Under the pieces are notes generated by a model. It saw nothing but the letters and a program-made list of their open reading frames with translations. It ran no database searches and had not been told where the DNA came from. From positions 6,758,001 to 6,822,000 of the forward strand of contig NC_079170.1 of NCBI RefSeq assembly GCF_947568905.1: 64,000 nt of DNA. The letters run 5' to 3'. Position numbers and translations under genes: made by a program. This DNA comes from Ostrea edulis (Eukaryota). Shown here piece by piece: positions 36,008 through 48,700 of the stretch; positions within the stretch are counted from its first letter, which is position 1, and each line of letters opens with the position of its first letter.

Positions 36008-36771
36008 TGTACAAGTCAATATCTCTCTATCAGACAGACAAGTCAATATCTCTCTATCAGACAGACACTCTATACAATATATTCCTCTGTACAAGTCAAT
36101 ATCTCTCTATAAGACAGACAAGTCAATATCTCTCTATCAGACAGACAAGTCAATATCTTTCTATCAGACAGACAAGTCAATATCTCTCTATAAGACAGAC
36201 AAGTCAATATCTCTCTATCAGACAGACAAGTCAATATCTCTCTATCAGACAGACAAGTCAATATCTCTCTATAAGACAGACAAGTCAATATCTCTCTATC
36301 AGACAGACAAGTCAATATCTCTCTATAAGACAGACAAGTTAATATCTCTCTATAAGACAGACAACTCAATATCTCTCTATCAGACAGACAAGTTAATATC
36401 TCTCTATCAGACAGACAAGACAATATCTCTCTATGAGACAGACAAGTCAATATCTCCCTATCAGACAGACAAGTCAATATTTCTCTATCAGACAGACAAG
36501 TCAATATCTCTCTATAAGACAGACAAGTCAATATCTCTCTATCAGACAGACAAGTCAATATTTCTCTATCAGACAGACAAGTCAATATCTCTCTATAAGA
36601 CAGACAAGTCAATATTTCTCTATCAGACAGACAAGTCAATATCTCTCTATAAGACAGACAAGTCAATATCTCTCTATCAGACAGACAAGTCAATATCTCT
36701 CTATCAGATTGACACTCTATACAATACAGATGTATATTCCTCTGTACGAGTCAATATCTCTCTATCAGACA
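36008..36771. repeat. 27-bp minisatellite in HEMK1 3' UTR (copy B)
   Basis: Same unit as 16261-17078, two units shorter (shadow ORF 207 vs 225 aa). Confidence 0.95.
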
Positions 36772-39700
36772 AAACCGCTCTCTGTAAGTAAAATAAAATG
36801 AAGACATTTCACTATTTACATAACATTAAAAATTATTTAAATTCTAAATGTTCGTAAGTTGAAATTTGCAAATATAATAAGCTTAAATGCATTCTAATCA
36901 ATCTCTCATCTTTACTTGTGAATAGATGTAATAAGTAATGCACATTCATTTAATTTCGTCTAATATTTTAGCAGTTACATGTAAGTACAAAGAATTCATC
37001 ACGTGATTATCAGCTTATTTTTTATTTTTTTTGTGTGTGTGTTAATTTGTTTTGCTGTAGGCATTAAAGGTACAAATGCTTCAATTTTATGTTAGATTTT
37101 TTTGCATAAAGATACCAATACTGCGGTATTCTATGAATAAAATGAAGAAATAATCTCAATCAGATATATATGTAAAATAGTTTCAAAACACAACCTGTCT
37201 TTTTATATACTTTCGATCTGAAACAAATGGAGTGCTGATCACTGACTGTTTTATCCTTACTACTACATCTACAATCTATGAACTCGATGTCTAAACTTAC
37301 CAAGGCCAATTTTCTTTCCAATTACATGTGAAGAAGGCATGCGCTATGTACATATTATACAAATAAGGCTAACCGAAGATGTGTGAGAGTTAAATTAGTC
37401 ACAATTAGTCACAGTGTGAGAGTTAAATTAGTCACAGTGTGAGAGTTAAATTAGTCACAGATGAACACAATATTTTGACCTATTCCTTTCATTTGAGATG
37501 AAATCAAACAATTTACGCTGCACGAGTCATTTATACTGCCGTTATAGATACACTAACCATGTCAGTGTGAGAAACAAAAACCAATGTAATTATTAATACA
37601 CGTGTACCTCTAACGATTCATTTTAACTTATAATGTAATAATAAAACACGACAGTAACGAAGACAAGTATTTTGAAACAAAATGAGACAGTTTGGTGTCA
37701 ATCAATGTCCCACACTCTCTAGTGAAATCCTCAATAGACTTGACAAATTCCTATAGTGACATTGTAGCAATTTTGCCTACCTTCTGGTGAAATCCTCAAC
37801 AGACTTGACAAATTCCTATAGTGACATTGTAACAATTTTGCCTACCTTCTGGTGAAATCCTCAATAGACTTGACAAATTCCAGTGCACAGTTTGAATCGC
37901 TGTTGATGATACTCTGTATCGTCTTGTGCTGCTCCAGACCAGTCTCAAGCCACAGTCTCCTACAAAAACAGAGAGAAAGTTCAACAACAATTTTACTGAT
38001 AATTCTGCTGTTTGGGGAGGTTTGTCAAAGCTAATACCAGTGTCTGCTGTCAATATATGAAGTACATATACATGTGCTACAATCTTTGCAATATAAGTAT
38101 CTTTTGTAACAATCTACAGTTTGACACAAATACATGTATGTCAGCATATATCAAAAAACATAAATCCATTTATTTTGTTTATATTGGTTAAATATACTAG
38201 TTAATGTTTCATTTAAAGCAAATTTTTCAAATTACAAGTTAATTTTGAACACAATTACACAGTTTCTAGTTTTGTCACATTTCCTTTTGTTTCAAACATG
38301 ATATTTTCTGTCAAAGAATCCAATTGTAAACAAAAACATGGCTCTTATGTGAGAACTGTATCTCATTTGTAACTCAACTGACATTCAATTGTTTGCTGAC
38401 CATTAGAAATACCTTAATCAAACATTGTAAACATTAAAAACGGGAAAATACAATTTGAAAATTTTCAGCTCAAATCATTTCAAAGATGCATAACTTTATA
38501 AACCAGTGATTGAAACACGTTTACTGAATCCATACCCATTCTTCTTCAATAACATGGGGGAAACGGCTAGCAAATGTCTTATGAAATCCAGTCCATCAGT
38601 CCCACCGTCCAACGCCCCCCTGTCTTCATATCTAAAATATGCGCAAAGTAAAAACCGTCAGACAAAACAATCACATCATATAATACATGTCATTCAATTT
38701 CATATCCATTGTACAGATTCAGAATGGCACTGAACTGTGTCCAGTGTGTTTTACCTTCTGACCTCTGGGTCAAGGTCATCAATATCTGCTGTGGGTATAT
38801 ACGGAGGGTTGCTAACGATGATATCAAATGGACCAAGTCGAGATAAGTATTGCATAGTCTCTGTAAAACCATCAATGAATGAATTACTATGACTGTTTAA
38901 ATCAACTGCACTTTTTTTATCATCTCACAACCATGTTGAGAATCATGATGATGTATTTAAAAGTTATGAGAAAAACAGAACAAACTTTCTTGTGTTTTTA
39001 AATGCTGATACACACATAGTATTTCAATCCTGATTTCAAAAAATTCAAACATCTTCCACTTTATCATTCCACTACAGCCTAACTTTGTATCCTATGTAGA
39101 AGAACGGTGTAAAGCCTGTCATTTCTGACCTTGCAGTGTTACATGTGATTACATGAGGGAATTAAATGAAGAATGCTATACCTTCAACAGATGATGAAGA
39201 AATTTCACATTCACAAGAGGCCCACAGACCATATCACTCACCTGAGTCACCTTGGCTCTGCTGTTGTGATTTCTAAAACAGACTTTTATTTCAATCTTTA
39301 TTACCATATTATAACCCCAACTTAGCACCATAAGGTCACGACATAAACAAAAATTGAAAGTATGGGATAATTAACTTCTAATTTCTAATGATTTTATTCT
39401 AATTAAGATAATATTGAGGGTAAGAAATAAAGTAAATTTAATATATTTATGCCATAAATTCTAAATGAATGAAATTTAATTATTTTTTTATTAATCAATC
39501 GAAAATGTGTATCCAATATTTTTTTACCCCCGATTGCCCATCACTAGCTCTACCTTAAAGAGTTCAGGAGATATTGAATAGGTTAGTTTTCCTTAAAAGA
39601 GGTCAAACTCCAAGATCAGTGTCACAAGGTTAAAATCTTCGGTACCATGTCACAAGGAACATGCTTAGCCTTATGAAATATGAAAGCCCTATCACTCGCC

Positions 39701-42700
39701 ATTCAAAAGTTATGAGCAAGGTTAGAGCTTCAGACAAGACAGACAGACAGACAGACAGGACAAAAAGAGTCGCAGAAAGTTGCAAGGGCATTAGAAAAAC
39801 TGGAATGTTATCTCTCTTCTAGCACATGTTGTTGGAACAAATGTTCGAAGATCAACTTGCATGAAATACCGTGGATGCTATTTGAATGAACAATTAAATT
39901 TCAAAAAACTTGTAAGCAAAAAATGCAGGACCATCTCATTGAATATATTCCAAATTAGACAAATTCATAAATAACTAACGCAGGATTCGTGCAGACAGTT
40001 AATACAACCTTTATTGATTAGTCATCTTGATTATACTAACAGTGTGCTATACTGCCTACCAAATTGTACTTATTCAAACGACTGCAACTCCTTCAAAATC
40101 ATGCTGTAAAAGTTGTTTTAAAATGGAAATCTACTGACAGTTCAAGAGAAGCCCTAAAGAGTCTGCATTGGTTACCTGTCCAGTATATTTTAGAATCATA
40201 TTTAAGATTGCTTGTATCGTTTTTAAATGTCTCAATGAGAGTGACACTCCTTTATATCTTAACAATATGTTGAGCATGAGAAGGTCAGCCTATGACACCC
40301 AATCTGTTGACGTTGGAACCAAAACACTCATTATTCCGGCCGTTAAACGAAAAACGTTTGCATCAAGACCATTCTCACTAGCAGGACCAACCGTGTGGAA
40401 CGAGCTGTCACAAAATATTAGGACAATAACTGAATATACCTATTTTAAACGCCATCTGAAAACATTTTATTTCACTACTGCCTTTTACTAACTGTTACAC
40501 ACATGTCAATTTCACTATTAATAATATTACGATATTAACTTTTTTACTTGTGTAATGTTTTACTTCTGTACAGTGCCTTTGATATCTTTTATTATAAAAT
40601 TGTGCACTTTATGAATTGTAATAATAAATTGTGATAATAAGAATCCACACATTTTGGAAACATTTGCACTTGGATCTGATTTATGGTAGTGTAGCCCAGT
40701 GGTTCTTAAGAAGAAGATTTTTAAATGATCCCAAACCAATTTTGCCTTTTCTTAATTATCTCCCCTTTTAAGGAGGCATGGACCTTCATTTGAAGAAACT
40801 AAAATCTCCTTTACCAAAGAAGGATTTGTACCAATTTTGATTGAAATTGGCTCAGTGACGTGGTTCTGGAGAAGAGGAAAATGTGAAAAGTTAACAGACA
40901 GACCATGAACAGACAGACGACAGACAAAGGAGTTAAAGGTCATCAGAAAAAGCTCACATGGGCGGGCTTTTAGCTCAGGTGAGCTAATACGATGTCTTCA
41001 TCAAGGTAGGATAAATTCCTTATCAATCAAAATGGAGGAATTATATTAATCTATTTCATTATATTTTTTAAATTTTAGGACTCGTAAGTATATCACGGTT
41101 TTCTCACCAGTAGTTTCTCCATTTTTCGCCTCAAATCACACAATGATAATGATTGATCACGAGCGCCACTAACAAACCTGCACTTTTGAAATCCATGTTA
41201 AGGACAACAGCTCTCCCCTGCACTTGATGCTTGGTCAGGTTCTCCAGCGTAAGGTCACAGGCAACACAGCTGATATCACATGCCACGGCTGTCATCTGCA
41301 GGAATAGCAACCAAAAGTTAGAACATAGGTCCCCATAGGTTATGATACATAAATACAGACTGCATCAAGTCATAAATACAGACTGCATCAAGTTATAGAT
41401 ATCCTACATAAATACAGACTGCATCAAGTCATAAATACAGACTGTATCAAGTTATAGATATCCTACATAAATACAGACTGCATCAAGTTATAGATATCCT
41501 ACATAAATACAGACTGCATCAAGTTATAAATACAGACTGCATCAAGTTATAAATACAGACTGCATCAAGTTATAGATATCCTTTGTTTACAAACTTGCCA
41601 TGAAGCGAAGAATATCATTATTGTACTTAAGGTATGACAATAACTACAAATTCTTCAGCAACATGCATGTAAATAGGATAATTATATTATTATGATGTTT
41701 ATTGTGATCTTCAGTTTATGGTTTTGTAGAAAAAACACACTGAGTTCATTTGAATAATTTCATGTATAATTGTAATACTGGATTTGAAATGGAGAGAAAG
41801 AGAGAAAGTGAATGATAGAGAGATGACAAATGATCCACACTTGTGTCAATATGCAAGGAGACTAATGTAAGTATATGACATTGTGATATGTGTGTCTGTG
41901 TGTGCTGTATACAGTTTGTATGAGTTGATATGTGTGTCTGTGTGTGCTGTATACAGCTTGATGAGTTGATATGTGTGTCTGTGCGTGCTATATACAGCTT
42001 GTATGAGTTGATATGTGTGTCTGTGTGTGCTGTATACAGCTTGATGAGTTGATATGTGTGTCTGTGTGTGCTATATACAGCTTGATGAGTTGATATGTAT
42101 GTCTGTGTGTGCTATATACAGCTTGATGAGTTGATATGTGTCTGTGTGTGTTGTATACAGCTTGATGAGTTGATATGTATGTCTGTGTGTGTATGTCTGT
42201 GTGTGTATGTCTGTGTGTGTGTGTCTGTGTGTGCTATATACAGCTTGATGAGTTGATATGTATGTCTGTGTGTGCTATATACAGCTTGATGAGTTGATAT
42301 GTATGTCTGTGTGTGTATGTCTGTGTGTGTATGTCTGTGTGTGTATGTCTGTGTGTGCTATATACAGCTTGATGAGTTGATATCTGTGTCTGTGTGTGCT
42401 GTATACAGCTTGATGAGTTGATATGTGTGTCTGTGTGTGCTGTATACAGCTTGATGAGTTCATATGTATGTCTGTGTGTGTATGTCTGTGTGTGTGTGTC
42501 TGTGTGTGCTATATACAGCTTGATGAGTTAATATGTATGTCTGTGTGTGCTATATACAGCTTGATGAGTTGATATGTGTGTCTGTGTGTGCAGTATACAG
42601 CTTGATGAGTTGATATGTATGTCTGTGTGTGCTATATACAGCTTGATGAGTTGATATGTATGTCTGTGTGTGCTATATACAGCTTGATGAGTTGATATGT

Positions 42701-45700
42701 GTGTCTGTGTGTGCTATATACAGCTTGATGAGTTGATATGTGTGTCTGTGTGTGCTGTATACAGCTTGACGAGTTCATATGTATGTCTGTGTGTATGTCT
42801 GTGTGTGCTGTATACAGCTTGATGGGTTGATATGTATGTCTGTGTGTGCTATATACAGCTTGATGAATTGATATGTGTGTCTGTGTGTGCTGTATACAGC
42901 TTGATGAGTTGATATGTGTGTCTGTGTGTGCTGTATACAGCTTGATGAGTTGATATGTATGTCTGTGTGTGTATGTCTGTGTGTGCTGTATACAGCTTGA
43001 TGAGTTGATATGTATGTCTGTGTGTGCTATATACAGCTTGATGAGTTGATATGTGTGTCTGTGTGTGTATGTCTGTGTGTGCTATATACAGCTTGATGAG
43101 TTGATATGTGTGTCTGTGTGTGCTGTATACAGCTTGATGAGTTGATATGTGTGTCTGTGTGTGCTGTATACAGCTTGATGAGTTGATATGTGTGTCTGTG
43201 TGTGTATGTCTGTGTGTGTGTGTCTGTGTGTGCTATATACAGCTTGATGAGTTGATATGTGTGTCTGTGTGTGCTGTATACAGCTTGATGAGTTGATATG
43301 TGTGTCTGTGTGTGTATGTCTGTGTGTGTGTGTGTGTCTGTGTGTGCTATATACAGCTTGATGAGTTGATATGTGTGTCTGTGTGTGCTGTATACAGCTT
43401 CACGAGTTGATATGTGTGTCTGTGTGTGTATGTCTGTGTGTGTATGTCTGTGTGTGCTATATACAGCTTGATGAGTTGATATGTGTGTCTGTGTGTGCTG
43501 TATACAGCTTCACGAGTTGATATGTGTGTCTGTGTGTGTATGTCTGTGTGTGTATGTCTGTGTGTGCTATATACAGCTTGATGAGTTGATATGTGTGTCT
43601 GTGTGTGCTGTATACAGCTTGATGAGTTGATATGTATGTCTGTGTGTGTATGTTTGTGTGTGCTATATACAGCTTGACGAGTTGATATGTATGTTTGTGT
43701 GTGTATGTCTGTGTGTGTGTGTCTGTGTGTGTATGTCTGTGTGTGCTATATACAGCTTGATGGGTTGATATGTGTGTCTGTGTGTGCTGTATACAGCTTG
43801 ATGAGTTGATATGTGTGTCTGTGTGTGCTGTATACAGCTTGATGAGTTGATATGTATGTCTGTGTGTGTATGTCTGTGTGTGCTGTATACAGCTTGATGA
43901 GTTGATATGTATGTCTGTGTGTGCTATATACAGCTTGATGAGTTGATATGTGTGTCTGTGTGTGTTGTATACAGCTTGATGAGTTGATATGTGTGTCTGT
44001 GTGTGCTGTATACAGCTTGATGAGTTGATATGTGTATCTGTGTGTGTGCGTCTGTGTGTGTATGTCTGTGTGTGCTATATACAGCTTGATGAGTTGATAT
44101 GTGTGTCTGTGTGTGCTGTATACAGATTGATGAGTTGATATGTATGTCTGTGTGTGTATGTCTGTGTGTGTATGTCTGTGTGTGTTCTATACAGCTTGAT
44201 GAGTTGATATGTGTGTCTGTGTGTGTGTGTCTGTGTGTGTATGTCTGTGTGTGCTATATACAGCTTGATGAGTTGATATGTGTGTCTGTGTGTGCTATAT
44301 ACAGTTTGTATGAGTTGATATGTGTGTCTGTGTGTGCTATATACAGCTTCATGAGTTGATATGTGTGTCTGTGTGTGCTATATACAGCTTGATGAGTTGA
44401 TATGTATGTCTGTGTGTGCTATATACAGCTTGATGAGTTGATATGTGTGTCTGTGTGTGCTATATACAGCTTGATGAGTTGATATGTATGTCTGTGTGTG
44501 CTATATACAGCTTGATGAGTTGATATGTATGTCCGTGTGTGCTGTATACAGCTTGATGAGTTGATATGTGTGTCTGTGTGTGCTATATACAGCTTGATGA
44601 GTTGATATGTATGTCCGTGTGTGCTGTATACAGCTTGATGAGTTGATATGTGTGTCTGTGTGTGCTGTATACAGCTTGACGAGTTGATATGTATGTCTGT
44701 GTGTATGTCTGTGTGTGCTGTATACAGCTTGATGAGTTGATATGTGTGTCTGTGTGTGCTGTATACAGCTTGACGAGTTGATATGTATGTCTGTGTGTGC
44801 TATATACAGCTTGATGAGTTGATATGTATGTCTGTGTGTGCTGTATACAGCTTGACGAGTTGATATGTATGTCTGTGTGTGCTATATACAGNNNNNNNNN
44901 NNNNNNNNNNNNNNNNNNNNNNNNNNNNNNNNNNNNNNNNNNNNNNNNNNNNNNNNNNNNNNNNNNNNNNNNNNNNNNNNNNNNNNNNNNNNNNNNNNNN
45001 NNNNNNNNNNNNNNNNNNNNNNNNNNNNNNNGATGAGTTGATATGTGTCTGTGTGTGCTGTATACAGCTTGACGAGTTGATATGTATGTCTGTGTGTATG
45101 TCTGTGTGTGCTGTATACAGCTTGATGAGTTGATATGTATGTCTGTGTGTGCTATATACAGCTTGATGAGTTGATATGTGTGTCTGTGTGTGCTGTATAC
45201 AGCTTGATGAATTGATATGTGTGTCTGTGTGTGTATGTCTGTGTGAGCTATATACAGCTTGACGAGTTGATATGTATGTCTGTGTGTGTATGTCTGTGTG
45301 TGCTGTATACAGCTTGATCAGTTGATATGTATGTCTGTGTGTGCTATATACAGCTTGATGAGTTGATATGTATGTCAGGGTGTGCTGTATACAGCTTAAT
45401 GAGTTGATATGTATGTCCGTGTGTGCTGTATACAGCTTGACGAGTTGATATATATGTCTGTGTGTGCTATATACAGCTTGATGAGTTGATATGTATGTCT
45501 GGGTGTGCTGTATACAGCTTGATGAGTTGATATGTATGTCCGTGTGTGCTGTATACAGCTTGACGAGTTGATATGTATGTCTGTGTGTGTATGTCTGTGT
45601 GTGCTGTATACAGCTTGATCAGTTGATATGTATGTCTGTGTGTGCTATATACAGCTTGATGAGTTGATATGTGTGTCTGTGTGTGTTGTATACAGCTTGA

Positions 45701-48700
45701 TGAGTTGATATGTGTGTCTGTGTGTGCTGTATACAGCTTGATGAGTTGATGTGTGTCTGTGTGTGTGCGTCTGTGTGTGTATGTCTGTGTGTGCTATATA
45801 CAGCTTGATGAGTTGATATGTGTGTCTGTGTGTGCTGTATACAGATTGATGAGTTGATATGTATGTCTGTGTGTGTATGTCTGTGTGTGTTCTATACAGC
45901 TTGATGAGTTGATATGTGTGTCTGTGTGTGTGTGTCTGTGTGTGTATGTCTGTGTGTGCTATATACAGCTTGATGAGTTGATATGTGTGTATGTGTGTGC
46001 TGTATACAGCTTGATGAGTTGATATGTGTGTCTGTGTGTGCTGTATACAGCTTGATGAGTTGATATGTATGTCTATGTGTGCTATATACAGCTTGATGAG
46101 TTGATATGTATGTCTGTGTGTGCTATATACAGCTTGATGAGTTGATATGTGTGTCTGTGTGTGATATATACAGCTTGATGAGTTGATATGTGTGTCTGTG
46201 TGTGCTGTATACAGCTTGATGAGTTGATATGTATGTCTGTGTGTGCTGTATACAGCTTGATGAGTTGATATGTATGTCTGTGTGTGCTATATACAGCTTG
46301 ATGAGTTGATATGTATGTCTGTGTGTGCTATATACAGCTTGATGAGTTGATATGTATGTCTGTGTGTGTATGTCTGTGTGTGTATGTCTGTGTTTGCTAT
46401 ATACAGGTTGATGAGTTGATATGTGTCTGTGTGTGTTGTATACAGCTTGATGAGTTGATATATGTGTCTGTGTGTGCTATATACAGCTTGATGAGTTGAT
46501 ATGTGTGTCTGTGTGTGCTATATACAGCTTGATGAGTTGATATGTGTGTCTGGGTGTGCTGTATACAGCTTGATGAGTTGATATGTATGTCTGTGTGTGC
46601 TGTATACAGCTTGATGAGTTGATATGTATGTCTGTGTGTGTATGTCTGTGTGTGCTGTATACAGCTTGATGAGTTGATATGTATGTCTGTGTGTGCTGTA
46701 TACAGCTTGATGAGTTGATATGTATGTCTGTGTGTGCTATATACAGCTTGATGAGTTGATATGTATGTCTGTGTGTGCTCTATACAGCTTGATGAGTTGA
46801 TATGTATGTCTGTGTGTGTATGTCTGTGTGTGTGTGTATGTCTGTGTGTGCTATATACAGCTTGACGAGTTATGTATGTCTGTGTGTGTATGTCTGTGTG
46901 TGCTGTATACGGTTTGATGAGTTGTCCATACTGTATGTCCTTCCTCTTAAGTGTGTTGTCTGTATGTCTTCCCTGCTCAGTATGTATGTGTTTCATGTTT
47001 AATGTGCTGCTTGTATGTCTTCCGTGTACATCTTTTGCAATAAATAAGTCAAAAAAGGAAAAGGAAATTACCCAAGGCAGTTTGGACAGTAAGCACAGAG
47101 TTACTGCCCCTGATCCACAGCCCACCTCCAGGAATGTCCGACAAGACTTATTCTGTCCCACATGTTGTATCATATACTGAACCAGTTCCTGTAGAAGTTC
47201 ATAGGAAGCATGTGAACAATCTGTGTGAAACTGAATATCAGGGAACTTATAGATTATTTATCAAATTTATGTTATCACATGCTTAGTGATAAACTTCAGT
47301 TATTTTTTCCTTCTTTTCATTACTTGAATCTAGAGCCCATACATTTCTGTGTAATTCTTCATGATTATCTTTTAACTAAATAACTGTGTCATGATGTGTT
47401 TTGTTTAAACATTAAAGTTTGTTATCTAGGCCTTGACATGTATTGTAATAAAATGGTTTCTTTAATAGCTTGCAATTATATATAAGTCAAGTGACAACGT
47501 CGTTCATGCATCAAAATTCATAAAATGAAGGTGGAATAAATAGAATACTACATGATACAATCTAAATCATAGCCCTCCATCTGATTCAAGGCCACTCAGG
47601 CTGGTATGACATAATTTACCTATCTAATATTATCCTATATGATATTAATCAATGTACATTATATAATATTAATCAATGTACAGTATATAATATTACTGTA
47701 CTTACCTCAGTTTCCGGTCTGGGAATGAGGACTGGTGGAGATAATTTAACAGTAACTGTACCTACCTCAATTTCCGGTCTGGGAATGTGGACTGGTGGAG
47801 ATAATTTAACAGTAACTGTACCTACCTCAGTTTCTGGTCTGGGGATGAGGACTGGTGGAGATAATTTAACAATAACTGTACCTACCTCAGTTTCCGGTCT
47901 GGGAATGTGGACTGGTGGAGATAATTTAACAGTAACTGTACCTACCTCAGTTTCCGGTCTCGGAATGAGGACTGGTGAAGATAATTTAACAGTAACTGTA
48001 CCTACCTCAGTTTCCGGTCTCGGAATGAGGACTGGTGAAGATAATTTAACAGTAACTGTACCTACCTCAGTTTCCGGTCTCGGAATGAGGACTGGTGAAG
48101 ATAATTTAACAGTAACTGTACCTACCTCAGTTTCTGGTCTCAGAATGAGGACTGGATGAGATAATTTAACAGTAACTGTACCTACCTCAGTTTCCGGTCT
48201 GGGGATGATGACTGGTGGAGATAATTTAACAGTAACTGTACCTACCTCAGTTTCTGGTCTGGGGATGAGGACTGGTGGAGATAATTTAACAGTAACTGTA
48301 CCTACCTCAGTTTCCGGTCTGGGGATGAGGACTGGTGGAGATAATTTAACTGTAAATTCATGGAAATCCCATTCCTGGATGACATATTGAAGTGGCATTC
48401 TAAAAATAGGAAGGGGGGGGGGGGGGTGGGTTGGGTTATAGCTTCTTAGACAAAATAGTTATCTAACTGTAATGAGGATTAGAAAATTATTATTAATTTA
48501 AAATAATAAATAATAGCATATTACCTTTCCATACGCTTCATTGCCAATTCATTAATTCGTGTTAGCTGTGCTTCATTGATAATCTGTCCTCCGGGAACTT
48601 GATGAAACTACAATAGTGATGATGGCGAGTTGTGAAATTGTAAAATTATATTCCCTGCTGCCTATGTAATTTTTGTATTTTAGTTGGGATGTAATTTCAT

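Larger units (their letters stand above)
30625..47553 (+). repeat. Segmental duplication, copy B
   Basis: Matches 10908-25459; longer because the ~39-bp satellite is at least 5 kb here. Confidence 0.97.

Noticed and set aside
46397-47173. 258-aa and 126-aa (24699-25079) ORFs as whole proteins
   Set aside because: Only the first 34 codons are HEMK1 exon 4; the rest is intron and satellite read-through past a GT donor.
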